Below, piece by piece: positions 1 to 12,468 of a DNA stretch of 64,000 nt (position 1 is its first letter; each line of letters begins with the position of its first letter). The notes below the pieces were generated by a model. It was not told the DNA's origin. It was given only the letters and a program-made list of their open reading frames with translations, and did not search any database. The translations under genes and the position numbers were made by a program. Origin of the DNA: Octopus vulgaris (lineage: Eukaryota); the NCBI GenBank assembly GCA_951406725.2, contig OX597826.1, forward strand, positions 44,330,001 through 44,394,000, read 5' to 3'.

Positions 1-410
1 GAAGTACCTATTACGGTGCCCTTATCGGCTCCGTGGAGTGGCTCATGGCATCTTCTTGCGCCGTATTTTTTTACCACGTGTGTGGAATGTGGTCAATAAT
101 TTTACGTTTTCGAGGTACTTCTTTATTACTTCTATCGGGGCAACCTCTATCTTGTTCGAGGACGTGGACAACGTCCTGTACATTACCGTCCTCTTCGCTA
201 CGTTGTTTATCAGTTCTTCTGGAGGAGTCAGCTTTCGACTGGATCCTTCCTTTTTTAGCAATTTGCTTGCTTCCTTCCATTTTCGTGTCTCAGTTGTTAT
301 TGCTTGTACTTCCAGGGTGTTGGCATTTATTCCTTGCGTAACTTTGCCCACTCTCCCTCTCTCTTTCTTTCCCCACTTCTCCCATAGATAGGGATAAACA
401 AATGCAAACA
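1..410 (-). mobile_element. Degenerate ORF1 (gag-like) 5' fragment of a non-LTR retrotransposon, probably L1/Tx1-like
   Basis: Minus-strand translation 'EELINNVAKRTVMYRTLS...IKKYLENVK..TRGKK(YG)..EDAMSHSTEPIRAP**VL' with frameshifts and stops. Similar to the + strand fragment at ~28830-29150. Clade assignment is from memory of octopus LINE ORF1 proteins. Confidence 0.45.
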
Positions 411-653
411 AAACAGTGACGAAAATTCAACAATTAAAGCAATTCAACGAATCTTGGTTCATCAGCGCGGGGAAAACTACAACAAAAATAACAGTGCGTA
501 ACAATAACAGTGTGTATCGATTCGAACTCATGTCAGAAAACACTACGAACATCCATATTACGAAACAATGTATAATATAAAGCATATTACTTTAAAGTAT
601 AATATACTTTAAAGTATATTAATGTATATTACAACGCTATATATAACATAGTT

Positions 654-1661
654 TTATAAGAGTCCATAATATGAAAGATATTTGTGTCTACAGGTAATTA
701 TAACGTCAGATATCTTATTAAGTAAACTATTTTTGTTGGCTCGGATTATGAGGATCGCCTCCTTCGGGCATAAATCGCAGTTCTTCGTGTGAGTATTATA
801 TGGTGTGGCTTCCCTTATTATAAACCAATTAAGACTGAATTCTTTGTTGTTCATTTTTAATCTATTGATGTAGGTTGCTAGTGTAGTTGAATTTTTTGTT
901 TCGTGGTTAGTGAACGAGTTTATATGCGCCCTATATCTACTTTGGAAGTCAATAGTACTACCTATGTAAATCTTTTTAGGTCCGTTTAGGGTTGGTACTT
1001 CGAATTTATATTCGGTATTTCTCTTTAAACAGAAGCCTTCAAGGGGACAAAATTCACTATTACGACATTTATATGTTTTTGTTTTGTTTCCGGGTTTAGT
1101 CGTACTATTTTAAAATCCAACTCCTTATTATTGCTCTTCGTGTTAGGGTCAGCTAGGTTATCTCTACTGGTTTCATTATTTCTAGGTTTAAATCTGTTAT
1201 TTGCTGCGACGATAGATCCAAGATTGGGTGTGGTAGAATGGGATAACTTAAGACACGATCTATTAAATATAGAATGGTATGTATGACCAAATGGGAAGTT
1301 CATATCGATTATGCTATAAAATAACTTAGGGAGGTTTCTTACCTGAAGAGAAAAAGGGGGTGTAAACCATACAATTTCCCATTTCCTCCCAGAATAGTTC
1401 CTTTTCTGCCCTGTATCGTTATTGCTATACTTGAAAAATCTATAGTGTCTTCTAAAGTGTTGTTGATTTCTATATTCGGTGCGGTTATTTATAGGATGTG
1501 AGTCAATGTTAGAATCCGTAATATTTTGAAACTGTTTCCCTAATTTGTTTTTAAATATTGTGTTTTCAATATAGTATATTTTACTGTTAACACCGCTGTC
1601 TTTGAATGCTGTATTATAAAGGGGTGCAAACTCGTTAAATATTTTTTTATTTGCGGATAGG

Positions 1662-1662
<1 letters not shown>
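654..1662 (-). pseudogene. Penelope-like element (Naiad-like): RT thumb/linker plus C-terminal GIY-YIG endonuclease, 5'-truncated and frameshifted
   Basis: ORF 1025-1747 contains '[13 protein letters not shown]...[29 protein letters not shown]'. After a frameshift near 1075-1110 my translation gives '[21 protein letters not shown]...KIYIGST.DFQSRYRAHINSF...NSTTLATYI..LK', in frame with ORF 654-854 'WFIIREATPY...CDLC.KE...LLNK.SD...CRH'. The 5' side ends in (TA)n. Confidence 0.9.
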
Positions 1663-1750
<88 letters not shown>

Positions 1751-1751
1751 T

Positions 1752-1805
<54 letters not shown>
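1663..1805. repeat. (TA)n microsatellite hosting PLE insertions
   Basis: Direct reading. Confidence 0.97.
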
Positions 1806-1811
<6 letters not shown>

Positions 1812-1820
1812 TTATTTACA

Positions 1821-1937
1821 TACGTAAATGCCTCACGCTAGGAGGGACTCTTACAGACAAAACTATCATAATAAATATTATGTTTATTATGGTAGTTTTA
1901 ACTGTAAGAGTTCCTCCTAGCGCGAGGCATTTATGTA
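1821..1937. repeat. Long inverted repeat (58-bp arms, almost no spacer) in a dispersed repeat
   Basis: 1821-1878 versus the reverse complement of 1880-1937 shows 7 mismatches. A copy of the right arm and downstream sequence occurs at ~26245-26314. Confidence 0.9.
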
Positions 1938-2062
1938 TAGTAATGCCCTTAATATAAATAAATATATTTAAGAGGAATAATTGATGGATTTTCCCATATG
2001 AGGTTTTTCACGCTAACTACTTAATACATTCTTATAAAGATTTTATCCTATTTTTCAATTGC

Positions 2063-2096
<34 letters not shown>

Positions 2097-2199
2097 CGGA
2101 GTAAACACATAAATGTGAAACAAGGTGGAAAAAAGAGTACTCAAATACCAGTGGTAGAGTAATATGCTTTATTTTAAGCAGCAGAAAATTCAACAAAAT

Positions 2200-2237
2200 C
2201 TGTTACTCTGAGTTTCTCGTTGCCGTTCATCAGACAG
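2200..2237 (-). ncRNA. Minimal type I hammerhead ribozyme (left inverted arm)
   Basis: Reverse complement is identical to the 3480-3517 motif. Confidence 0.75.
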
Positions 2238-3479
2238 TTTTTGCTAGAATGGAACATATATATTAATTCAATCTATACTCTTACAAACGCTACACCTTTA
2301 AAAAGAAATGGACTTGTTTGATTGGCCCTTTAGAAAAAACGGTCAATCTTCGAGCGATAAACAAAAAGGTCAAAAATATATGTATATATATATAAAAACT
2401 TATAAAAATTATAAAATTTAGCACAAGGCTAAATTTAAAATGTCGAATATAAATATACCATATGGATAGAGTATATATTTTTGTATTTTGATTTTTTGAT
2501 TTTGATTTTGACTCTTGAGCGCTACAACGGACCTATAGCAAAGTCTTATTGTTTCTACATATATATTAGGAAAAACCTACAAACTTTGTTTTCATGTTAT
2601 TGTATTGCATAAGATTACCTTGATTATTTATATTACCTTGATTATTTATAAATGACCCAAAATAGGATGTTATATTTTATTTTATAGGTCTTTCGTATAT
2701 ATTTTTATTAATGCACCCATTTTTTAAAAGCAATGTTTTTTTATAAAAAAAGCAATGTTGTCAAATTTAGAATGTTTATATAAGTTTGTGTATAGCAAAG
2801 CATATGTATTTGTAAGCATGCGTATCTGTGTATGTGTAAGTGAAAGTATGCTTGTGCTTAAGCACACATATACACGACGGTATGTATATGTATCAATTCA
2901 AACTTGTGTATGTATACTGGCCTCTATAGATACCAAATAACATCGCTACAAGTTTTTTCCCCACCCCTCCTCCGTTCCTTTTTCTCTCTTTCCCTTTCTT
3001 TCGTTCCCCCTCCTTGCTCAGTATATGAGAATTGCTACATAGATGAATTTTAGCTTGCGTGCGAGACGGTTTGCGTGAATATATGTACACATGCTTTTAT
3101 GTGTATAATTTAGATTCATATTCATACGTCTGTATATGTATGTATGGCGTTTACGCGCATCCTTTTGTGTATGTTGATATATATATGTGGATTTTAATAT
3201 AAATATGTATTGCAGTATTTATAACAGGTTTAATTTCTATGCATTAATTTGTACTGTCTTCATTAACGGCAACAGGTTTTTTCCTCGGTATTTTCCTCGG
3301 ATTTTATAATTTTTATAAGTTTTTATATATATATACATATATTTTTGACCTTTTTGTTTATCGCTCGAAGATTGACCGTTTTTTCTAAAGGGCCAATCAA
3401 ACAAGTCCATTTCTTTTTAAAGGTGTAGCGTTTGTAAGAGTATAGATTGAATTAATATATATGTTCCATTCTAGCAAAA

Positions 3480-3517
3480 CTGTCTGATGAACGGCAACGA
3501 GAAACTCAGAGTAACAG
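3480..3517 (+). ncRNA. Minimal type I hammerhead ribozyme
   Basis: ctgt-CTGATGA-acg gcaa cga-GAAAC-tcaga-GTA-acag. Stem I is ctgt/acag, stem III is near-palindromic ACTCAGAGT, and stem II has an A-A mismatch at its base. Confidence 0.75.
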
Positions 3518-3549
3518 ATTTTGTTGAATTTTCTGCTGCTTAAAATAAA

Positions 3550-3592
<43 letters not shown>

Positions 3593-3601
3593 TATATATA
3601 T

Positions 3602-3880
3602 CCTAGCATTGCAGAAAGAGCAAGTGATGGACATATCTCCAATGTTCATATCTGGGTACCAATCATAATGAAGCTTAGGGTTGTAGTCGAAACCTTTTAA
3701 TGACCATCATGAGTTGCATGGTGTTGAAAACCCCCGGCTATTAGCTCTTTGTTGAACGGAAGTCTGCAAGCATAGTAAATCTCTGTTGTAAGGTATGAGA
3801 AGCTCGCGCAGTAGCCATGTTGGCACCATTCCTCTCCAGGTGTGAAATGCGTTTGTCTTCGTCCTCTGCACCTGCTGCGG
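3602..3880 (-). mobile_element. Helitron RepHel N-terminal fragment (frameshifted)
   Basis: 'AEDEDKRISHLERNGANMATARASHTLQQRFTMLADFRS' then, in another frame, 'GFDYNPKLHYDWYPDMNIGDMSITCSFCNAR'. This matches the Helitron charged-repeat region followed by the F.Y.P...IG.M...C..C.A motif. Confidence 0.7.
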
Positions 3881-4111
3881 TAATAATTAACTGGTAGTTG
3901 AACGGTAAATGTGTAATATAAAATGATGTTAATGTTATGACATTAGAATTAAAAGTGTAATAATAAAACTGAAGCAATTTTATGTGACTTTACAATATAG
4001 ATGCTATTGTCTCACTTTTGTCGCATAAGAGTGAACTAGTGCAAAAGATCGCTCTGTGCACACATTAGGCAAGAAGTTAGAAATTGCTTTGGTACATGAC
4101 ACTCCATAGGC

Positions 4112-4333
4112 ATACTCTTTTACTCTTTTACTTGTTTCAGTCATTTGACTGCGGCCATGCTGGAGCACCGCCTTTAGTCGAGGAAATCGACCCCCAGGAC
4201 TTATTCTTTGTAAGCCTAGTACTTATTCTATCGGTTTCTTTTGCCGAACCGCTATGTGACGGGGACATAAACACACCAGCATCGGTTGTCAAGCAATGCT
4301 AGGGGCACAAACACAGACAAACATACATATACG

Positions 4334-4369
<36 letters not shown>

Positions 4370-4529
4370 CGACGGGCTTCTTTCAGTTTCCATCTACCAA
4401 ATCCACTCACAAGGCTTTGGTCGGCCCGAGGCTATAGTAGAAGACACTTACCGAAGGTGCCACGCAGTGGGACTGAACCTGGAACTGTGGTTGGTAAACA
4501 AGCTACTTACCACACAGCCACTCCTGCGC
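4112..4529 (-). mobile_element. tRNA-derived SINE, family B (internal TA/TG microsatellite, GTAAAAGA tail), full length
   Basis: Head 'gcgcaggagtggctgtgtggtaag...ggttcagtccc' with pol III A/B-like boxes. Near-identical copies at 20502, 41966, 47342 and 61645. Confidence 0.9.
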
Positions 4530-4809
4530 TTATGTAAAATTTTTAAAAATTAATAAGAACTCATCAGTAAATTAAATTCTGGACGCTTGTGATTCACATT
4601 AGCCACGAGCACCACCGTAGTCTGGGATTGGATAGGGAAAGTGTTAATGAAAGAGCAATTGGATGAATTGCTTGGTTTTGTTTAGTGGTGCTCGTGGAGC
4701 AGAAACCCACGTTCATACTGCATCTGAGTCTACGAATGTTTAGAGGTAATCTCGTAAGTTGTGCAGGCCCGCATTAATCAAGAAGCATCAGTACGCTTTT
4801 CACTAAGAA

Positions 4810-4906
4810 AAACGGAAAAACGTCGGATTTATTTTGCTTGGAATCAAGTACCCTGTTCCCTCTTCTTAATCTCAGTATGTTTCGAAGTAAATTGAAGAAA
4901 AGAAAT
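4810..4906 (+). repeat. ~97-bp dispersed repeat, copy 1
   Basis: Near-identical to 12372-12468 ('aaacggaaaaacgtcggatttattttgcttggaatcaagtaccc...'). Confidence 0.85.
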
Positions 4907-5389
4907 GGAAAAGAAATTAAAATGTAAAAATTTGACTGAACCAATGTAAAAGGCAAGAAGTGAGAAATTATTTTGAAAAAAGTTAAAATGTAAAAATTTG
5001 GATTAGGGACGGGGAATTGAAAAATAATTGGAATGTCCATCATCGTAAACATAGGAATCCGCTGGAAAATCCGATGGAATATGGTAGGGGTTGACGTGTA
5101 GGTGTACTTGTAAATATTAACCGATTTCGCTGGTATTTCTAGCACATCCTGCTACCACTGAACAGGTATTTGCGAATAGCTGTTACCTGGTACCAGCGCG
5201 GGCTAGAAATAGCAGTCAAATCTTTCATTTTCTGTGGAAAGGAGCCGTTTACGCGTCATTTCGATGTCATGTTAATTGAATTGTTAATATGAAAATGTAA
5301 ATGTAAATAACTTGCAACATTGCAACAGGTGCAATAATTACGAACTTGTCATTGAATGGTAAATGTGTAAATTCGCGCACGGCTACGTC

Positions 5390-5645
5390 TGCACACACAC
5401 ATACACACACACATACACAAACACAGAGACGCGCGCTCGCTTGGACGAACACACAGGCGCGCACAAGCATAGGTACACATGCACACACATACACGCATAT
5501 ATACTCATGCGTGTTCATTCATATGTACATATGTATATTCGCATGTTGTGTGTGTGTGTGTATGTGTGTGTGTTTGTGTGTGTGTCTGTGTGTGTGTATG
5601 TGTGTGTGTGTGTGTGTGTATGTGTGTGTGTGTGTGTGTGTGTAT
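5390..5645. repeat. (CA)n and (TG)n microsatellite block
   Basis: Direct reading. Confidence 0.9.
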
Positions 5646-6135
5646 GAATGAATCATGCTAGCTTCTCCTGAACATGTAACCTGAAAGACTACGTCTGAAA
5701 CGCTCTAACATTGAGTCTTTCCATTCTACCTCTAACATTGAGTCTTTCCATTCTGTCGGCCTAATAATAGGAACTGTGAACATCTCTTGTACATGTGCTG
5801 CATATTGTTATGTGTATTTGCTTCCTGCTACACACACACATATACAGGAGCGTTGTAGTTCGCTTGAAGCAGTGTAGTATCGAAGAAGGGAAAGAAAAGG
5901 GAAAATAGGAATTCTTCTGAGAATACGGGAAGGTTCTCATAACATATATTTCAGGGGCAAAGGCTTATCCTATGAAGAAAAACAGTTTGGGAAATGTCTA
6001 GTTGTACAGATTCCGTTGACATAGTCAACGTTATATTAGCAGTAGCACTCATTGGTGTAATTTCGCGCATGCGCTGTTTGGTTTTGATTTGGAAGTAGGA
6101 TAAGTTGGGCACCGACTGTGAGAAAAAACAGCAGT

Positions 6136-7284
6136 ATGACGCAATTCCCTCTGCCAGAAATTTGGAAACGACATTCTGTACTGCTTGGCATTCGTTCCGG
6201 AATCTCTCACACAAAGATTTCAGAGTGTTTTTTAGGTGTCGACCTGAGGACAGTGCAGAGGATTCGGAAAGAATTGGATGAGTAATTGTGATTATGAAGG
6301 TACGGCAGCTCAGAAAACTCACTCTGATCGTTGTAATATGAAAATAACTCCTGAATTTGTTGGTGAGATTCAGACCATGATTGACAACAATCCCTGAAAG
6401 TCAATCAGGACCATCGCTAGGGACATGGGAGTGTCTGAGGGGTTTTTTCCCTGCAGGTAGTACATAAAGATACTTGGTATTCCTCATACAAGATAAGAAA
6501 GAGCCAATTTTTATCCCAAGCCATCAAGAACAGGAGGAATGACAGCACTATGAAGCTTTTGGACAAACTCAAGCATTCTCTCAAACCGAACATGCTTTGG
6601 GTTTTCTCAGACTAGAAAACATTCTGCCAGGATCAGATAGTGAACACACAGAACAAATGTTGGTTTGCCTGGGCCCCGAAATGTCTACCGAGAGTGATAA
6701 AAATCAAGCATCCAGTCAACATCAAGGTGCTTGGAGTGATCATTGGTGATGGCGACATTATGCTTCTATTTATCTTCCCACACGGCCTCATACTCAATAC
6801 GGAGGCCTACGTCAAATGCTTGGAGGAGGTAGTGCTGCCCTGGGTCAAGTGGGTGGCTGCTAGAAGGGCCTATGTCTGGCAACAAGACTCTGCTTCATGC
6901 TACGCGAGTAGAAGAACCCAATCATGGCTCTCAGACAATTTCTGTGATCACATTACCTTTAACATCTGGCCACCAAACACCCTAGATGCAACCCCCTTGA
7001 TTATTATGTGTGTGGCGCAGTTGAGCGAGGAAACAACGAAATTCCTTGTAATACCAAAGATGAACTAAAGGCAAGGATTATGCCATTATTCACCAACTTC
7101 ATCAAAGGCACCTTCCAGAAGAGTTGCAGAAGGTTCCGAAGTCATCTGGAGACCGTAGTTGAAGCCAATTGACATTTTGTCGATATTTTTTATGTAATGT
7201 TGGTAAATATTTCTGCTAAACTGAGATGCCAGTGTTATTTTCATTTTTGCGTAATTTAGACGACAATTTATTCACCGCACCCTG
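6136..7284 (+). mobile_element. Tc1/mariner-superfamily transposon, DD37D (maT-type) transposase pseudogene with putative right TIR
   Basis: ATG at 6136 'MTQFPLPEIWKRH...', HTH 'SIRTIARDMGVS', then 'WVFSD*K', 'VWQQDSA' and '(P)DCNPLDYY' with 37 residues between the second and third Asp across a frameshift. Several stops and frameshifts. Terminus 'gacaatttattcaccgcaccctg' at 7262-7284; left TIR not clear. Confidence 0.9.
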
Positions 7285-7849
7285 CATATGCAGTATACTG
7301 TTCTTCAGATGTATCGATTACAAATATAAGATATTGTCTGTATTGACTGACACATATTTCAAGAAAAGCATTAGTATTTACATTATTCCTTAGAATTTGT
7401 TGCTGAAAGTTCTATTGCGCCCTAAAGAACAAATCAGTGATTTTGATGTGTAAGTTTGTGTTTGAGTGTGTATGTGTGCCCTTGTCTGTGTATGTGTGTG
7501 TACGTGTGAGTGTATGTGTGTATGTGTGTGTATGCGTGTGCGTGTGTATATGTGTGTGTGTTAGAATATTCATTTATCGCGTGATAACCAATACTGTTAT
7601 AAGTAATGTTATTTTTGAAATGTGTGTCAGTTGAACTAACACCGAATATCTGTGTAAAATGTTGATGAAAGTTAAAGAGAATGTCTCCCCAAAATATAGG
7701 AATGGCGTTAAAATACGATTTATCACATTTTCCTTGTTACAGATGAAGACGCTTAACAGGGAAAAAGTGGAAACGAGGTCGAGGTCATTCTCTATGCGAT
7801 TTAAAGGAATCACATCAGTTGCCAACATTTAATGAAAGGAGAATGTTTT

Positions 7850-8015
7850 GACGTGAGTCGTCCTTGCAGTAGCTCCTGGTGCACTTGGAACGTAGCTGTA
7901 GAGTACTAAAAAGAAATATTCATACATTTGTAAGCACCCATGTGAGTTATTTCAAAAGACACAAATATTAGAACTAGAAAGATAACGATTATAGCGATAT
8001 CTTAGAAATTATGAA
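7850..8015 (+). mobile_element. Highly decayed 3' end of an RLE-type LINE
   Basis: 'VVLAVAPGALGT' ... 'ELFQKTQIL' ... 'RYL' resembles the VVPVVIGALG...LLQK...RYL end of R4/Dong ORFs. Confidence 0.4.
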
Positions 8016-9029
8016 CACCTGTATTTAAAATTCAACATTCAAATAAATAGATATATAAATATATAAATCAACAGACACAAAATAAAAGAATTTTTTTTTT
8101 TTCATACCATTAGTATATAAGATTAGGTAAGCTGTATGAGATAGATGCCAGAGTATTTCTCTTTCATTTGATTCTAGTTCCGTATAAATAAATATAAAAA
8201 AAAACACACATTCATCTGCGGATAATTCCCCTGGTTATTTCTAACACATTTCCAATAGGAAAATATATTTAAGCATTAACAACGAATAAGCATACCTGCT
8301 TATCTCTGTTCATTTTTTTCTTCTCCATTTCTTTTTTTTTTTAACTATATGCTTCCTCAACCATTATATTTCCTATTTTGCTGTCGTCTTTCAATATATT
8401 TCATTTCTTCCTATATTTTTCTCTTTCTTTTCAGCTATCGATTTCTTTTCTCATCAAAGGAACAAAGTATGGATTGCCTCAGTTAATATAACTCACCGAA
8501 CGAAAGCTATTTCTGGTCTTGTTATCTTTATGAATAATTTGTACCTCATCTATAATCTTGAATTAATCTGTAGTCAATATTCTTTGAAATTTTCACTTAG
8601 TGCCCAGATATTGCTTCTCTGATGTCCACATAAAAACGATTTACATATAGTCAACAGTGTGTACCACGGCTGGAAAATAAGGAAGCTAAAGTTAAGCGGA
8701 ACGCCCTTTTTACAGCTATTTATTGCAAGACAGTGATATATCCCTGTAATCTTAGTGAATATTGCTCGATTCAGATTAGTAAATGTTTCGTTGATTTGTG
8801 ACAGCACATTTACTTACTGAATTTGATAACAGACACAAGTAAGATAATTAGAAATGTTGTATTGTAGATATGCAATTTCATAAGCACTCACATACACGAA
8901 CACACACACACGCGCACGCACACACATACCCACATATATATATGCATATATATGTGTATTTAGATGTGTGATTCAGTGTGTGTGTGATACGAAAAGACAC
9001 AAACATATCTCATTATATATCTATAGAAA

Positions 9030-9620
9030 GGCGGCGAGCTGGCAGAATCGTTAGCACGCCTGGCGGAATGCTTACTGGTTGCTTCGTCTGCCGCTACGTT
9101 CTGAGTTCAAATTCCGCCAAGGTCGACTTTACCTTTCATCCTTTCGAGGTCGATTAAATATGTACCAGTTACGCACTGGGGTCGATGTAATCGACTTAAT
9201 CCGTTTGTCTGTCCTTGTTTGTCCTCTCTGTGTTTAGGCCCTTGTGGGTAGTAAGGAAATAGTTATTTCGTCTGCCGCTACTTTCTGAGTTCAAATTCCG
9301 CCGAGGTCGACTTTGCCTTTCATCCTTTCGGGGTCGATTAAATAAGTACCAGTTACGCACTGGGGTCGATGTAATCGACTTAATCCGTTTGTCTGTCCTT
9401 GTTTGTCCCTTCTATGTTTAGCCCCTTGTGGGCAATACAGAAAGAAGATTCGTTAGCACGCCGAACAAAACGCTTAGCGGCATTTCACTCATGCTTTCGT
9501 TCTGCGTTCAAACTCCACGGAGGTTGTCTTTGCCTTTCATCTTTCCGGGTCGATAAAGTTGGAGTCGAAGGTACCCATTAACCCTCTCTCTTGGAAACTG
9601 CCGGTCTTCTGTCTCAGTTA
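9030..9620 (+). mobile_element. tRNA-derived SINE family A (core 'gcctttcatcctttcggggtcgataaa..gtaccag', MetaSINE-like), trimeric array
   Basis: Head 'ggcggcgagctggcagaatcgttagc', B-box 'gagttcaaattcc' and repeated core/tail units. Confidence 0.9.
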
Positions 9621-9627
9621 ATAATTG

Positions 9628-9669
<42 letters not shown>

Positions 9670-12148
9670 TAGTTTCAGTGTGTATGAATATAGTGTCTGT
9701 GTATTCGTGTATATAAGAAATCTGAAGGAAGAGTGTTGTGTATCTTTGTACATTGACAAAACATTAATTATATTTAACACATTAAATATCCTAGTTCTGA
9801 TATGTGTATTTCATAGCAAATCGTTCTTCTGTTTATCTTACCGGACTAATTTGTTTTATGTTAACGTGATGGAACTAATAGGAAATCTGATTAGTATGTA
9901 AGTTAAACCTTGTTCTAGGCTACGATGTAGTTACACGCAAGATGACCACATTTAATCATTCAATTACTAGTATAAAAGCGACATTTTTCCAACGAATGTC
10001 GAACACCATCTAATAAACCATAGTATACTCCAATATATAGATGTGACTAAATTAAATTCTTTTTCTGGTTAAATCCAGGCTGGTTGTGAATTCAACTGAG
10101 CTATTTTAGAAAGCCGTCTCAATTTTAAAAGAATGAAACGTCTTAGTACTTGCTGAACTGGTTTGGTCAGTATCCACAGTCTAAATGTGTTGGCTATCGA
10201 TTCTAAACAACAGATTCTTCGGCTGTTTGTTTCTTTATTGGTCAGTAACTATATCAACACCCATGGGCCTAGACAAGGCCTCCAAGCTTGATGGGAGAGA
10301 TTGATGGAGGGTTGTATCTTCAGACTGGAACCTTAGCCTCAATACCTACAAAACATGGACTCCATTTAAACACCCAAGGTGCCAGATAACAGTGTTAAAA
10401 CAGGCAGCGAATTAAGTCTAGCGGTCAAGTTGGCCCGAATGAGTTTTTGAACTCAGAACGCAAAAAGCCCGAAAAAATGCTACATGATATCCGATTCAAC
10501 CTATTTACTGGCTCGCCAAATCTACCACACTATATCGGCATGTTTTTTATCAAACACTAAGAGAATGAAATGTAAAGTCGGTTGTCTTTGCATTTACGAG
10601 CTAAATGTCAGATCAAGTATACAATAGTATTCGACTGGCCACTCTAACTAGTTGCCTTCTTAATTTGAAGGTGGAAGTAGGAATATGGTTCCTAACATTT
10701 TTCTGTTCGTTTTTGAAAATTCTGCACATCAGATTAGAAAAGCCGATGATATTATTGTCATTGGTATATGGCTTGTATATAACAAAGCGTTTCACTTTGT
10801 AATCAGGTTCAGTTTGTGAAGCTTGAGGTTTTATTTCGTAGTTGATTGAATTGTAAGTGTTGGATGCTGACATTTTGTGTATTTCAGTTAGGTTGTCTGG
10901 AAGGACTTTCCAGTAAGCTACACAATTGAGATTGTACTTGGTTTTTCATACATGTGTTGGCAAATATGTCGGTGTGATGTCGCTCATGAGTTCTTTAAGC
11001 AGCTTTTACCACTACTGACATACCTATAAAACCACCATTATAGATTGTACATTAGATCTCTTCAAAAGCATTCTAAAACATGGACTGTAAACGTTCTCTA
11101 AAAAGTTTTGCGACAGATTTCCAAGACACTGGATTATTTAAGCCATACGGAAATGATCACAGGCAATAACATAAGTGTGTTTGTGTGTGTATGTATGTGT
11201 GTGTGTGTGTGTGTGTGTTCGTGCGTGCGTGTGAGTATGTGTCCGTGTGTGCGTGTATGTTTGTGAGCGTGTGTATATGTCTGCGCGTGTGTGAGTGTGC
11301 GTGACGCATTTTACTTATGTACACTGGTATGGAGTATGTCTGAAAATAATTGAAATAACCCTATTCAAGATGAATTTTAGTAAAACTGATTAATCCTAAA
11401 TTCTTAAAATTTAAATGTAGATTTGAATAATAGATATGGATAGATATGTTATATTTGTCATCGAGCAAATAATGTCAATAATCTACAAGATTCAATCTCA
11501 ACAATTAAACATGTGTTCTTATTGTGATTTAATTATAATATAAATGAAATATGTCATAAACAGTAGTTTCAAATTTAGAAACAGCATGAATTCTCACCAG
11601 TATTACATCCGCTTCAATCGTATTCTAGTACTTGATTGGTACTTATTTTTATCAGTAATAGAGAGAGTAAGGGTGATATTTGTCGTACTTAATTGCTAAA
11701 ATATGAATTTGGAACGAAAGCAAATTAAGTACTGTTGCTAATTAACATGTCAGCCACCTATTGCTCTTGCCTGTTTTGTTGATTTAGATCTTCAAATCGT
11801 CAACGGAGCAGTTGAGGTGACATGGTGGCATAGAGCGTGCCTTGAGAATCTACGAGCTGCCGTGCGCATACAGTTTTAGGCACAGCCATATCCGATTTCT
11901 TCCAGAAAGAGAGATAGGAGTAGGCAAAAGAGTAGGCAAAAAAATAAATATAGAGGGAAGAGCTAGAGAAAAATTGACTGCAGGACAGGACTGGTATTTT
12001 ATTCATCGCTCCCGGAAGGATGAAAGCCGTTGGTTGTATTTGAACTTACAACGCACAGACGCAGAACAAATGCCACCAGGACGTTCTATCTGATAGACTA
12101 AGGGATTCGAATAATTGACCTCTGTAAAGTGAGGAAGAATGAGAGAGA

Positions 12149-12190
<42 letters not shown>

Positions 12191-12371
12191 TGGATCACAT
12201 TACGGGACTAGTAGCGTTATTTATTTGCACTGAAAATGGTGGAAAGCAATGTTGATATTGACTGAATTTGAAATCAGCACACAGAGAACCAGATATAGTA
12301 AGGTTTTGTGTTTCCCCTCGTCGGCCATTAATTAAACAGTACAAAAGGGCATATATCTAATGAGGAGTCAG

Positions 12372-12468
12372 AAACGGAAAAACGTCGGATTTATTTTGCT
12401 TGGAATCAAGTACCCTGTTCCCTCTTCTTAATCTCAGTATGTTTCGAAGTAAAATGAAGAAAAGAAAT
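12372..12468 (+). repeat. ~97-bp dispersed repeat, copy 2, within a probable DNA-transposon remnant (~12340-13030)
   Basis: Near-identical to 4810-4906. Confidence 0.8.

Larger units (their letters stand above)
2094..3550 (+). mobile_element. Non-coding PLE-derived element with ~250-bp inverted pseudo-LTR arms, each carrying an HHR, inserted in (TA)n
   Basis: 2167-2417 is a near-perfect reverse complement of 3301-3550. Both outer ends run into (TA)n. Confidence 0.8.

Noticed and set aside
445-540. CTGATGA and CTGACATGA motifs downstream of the Naiad ORF on the minus strand
   Set aside because: GAAA and the stems are not conserved.
654-1110. Selenocysteine recoding as reported for some Naiad PLEs
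   Set aside because: No in-frame TGA at Cys positions in this copy (codons are TGT/TGC, one TAT), and no convincing SECIS is visible.
5123-5222. Small inverted repeat (atttctagc...gctagaaat)
   Set aside because: The same motif occurs singly at ~13080, so this is likely two opposed repeat fragments rather than a MITE.
5675-5755. HHR-like 'ctgaa agac tac gtct gaaac' plus a short tandem duplication
   Set aside because: The core lacks two nucleotides and there is no stem III or stem I.
9030-9120. tRNA genes at SINE heads
   Set aside because: A/B boxes are followed by SINE core and tail, with no complete cloverleaf.
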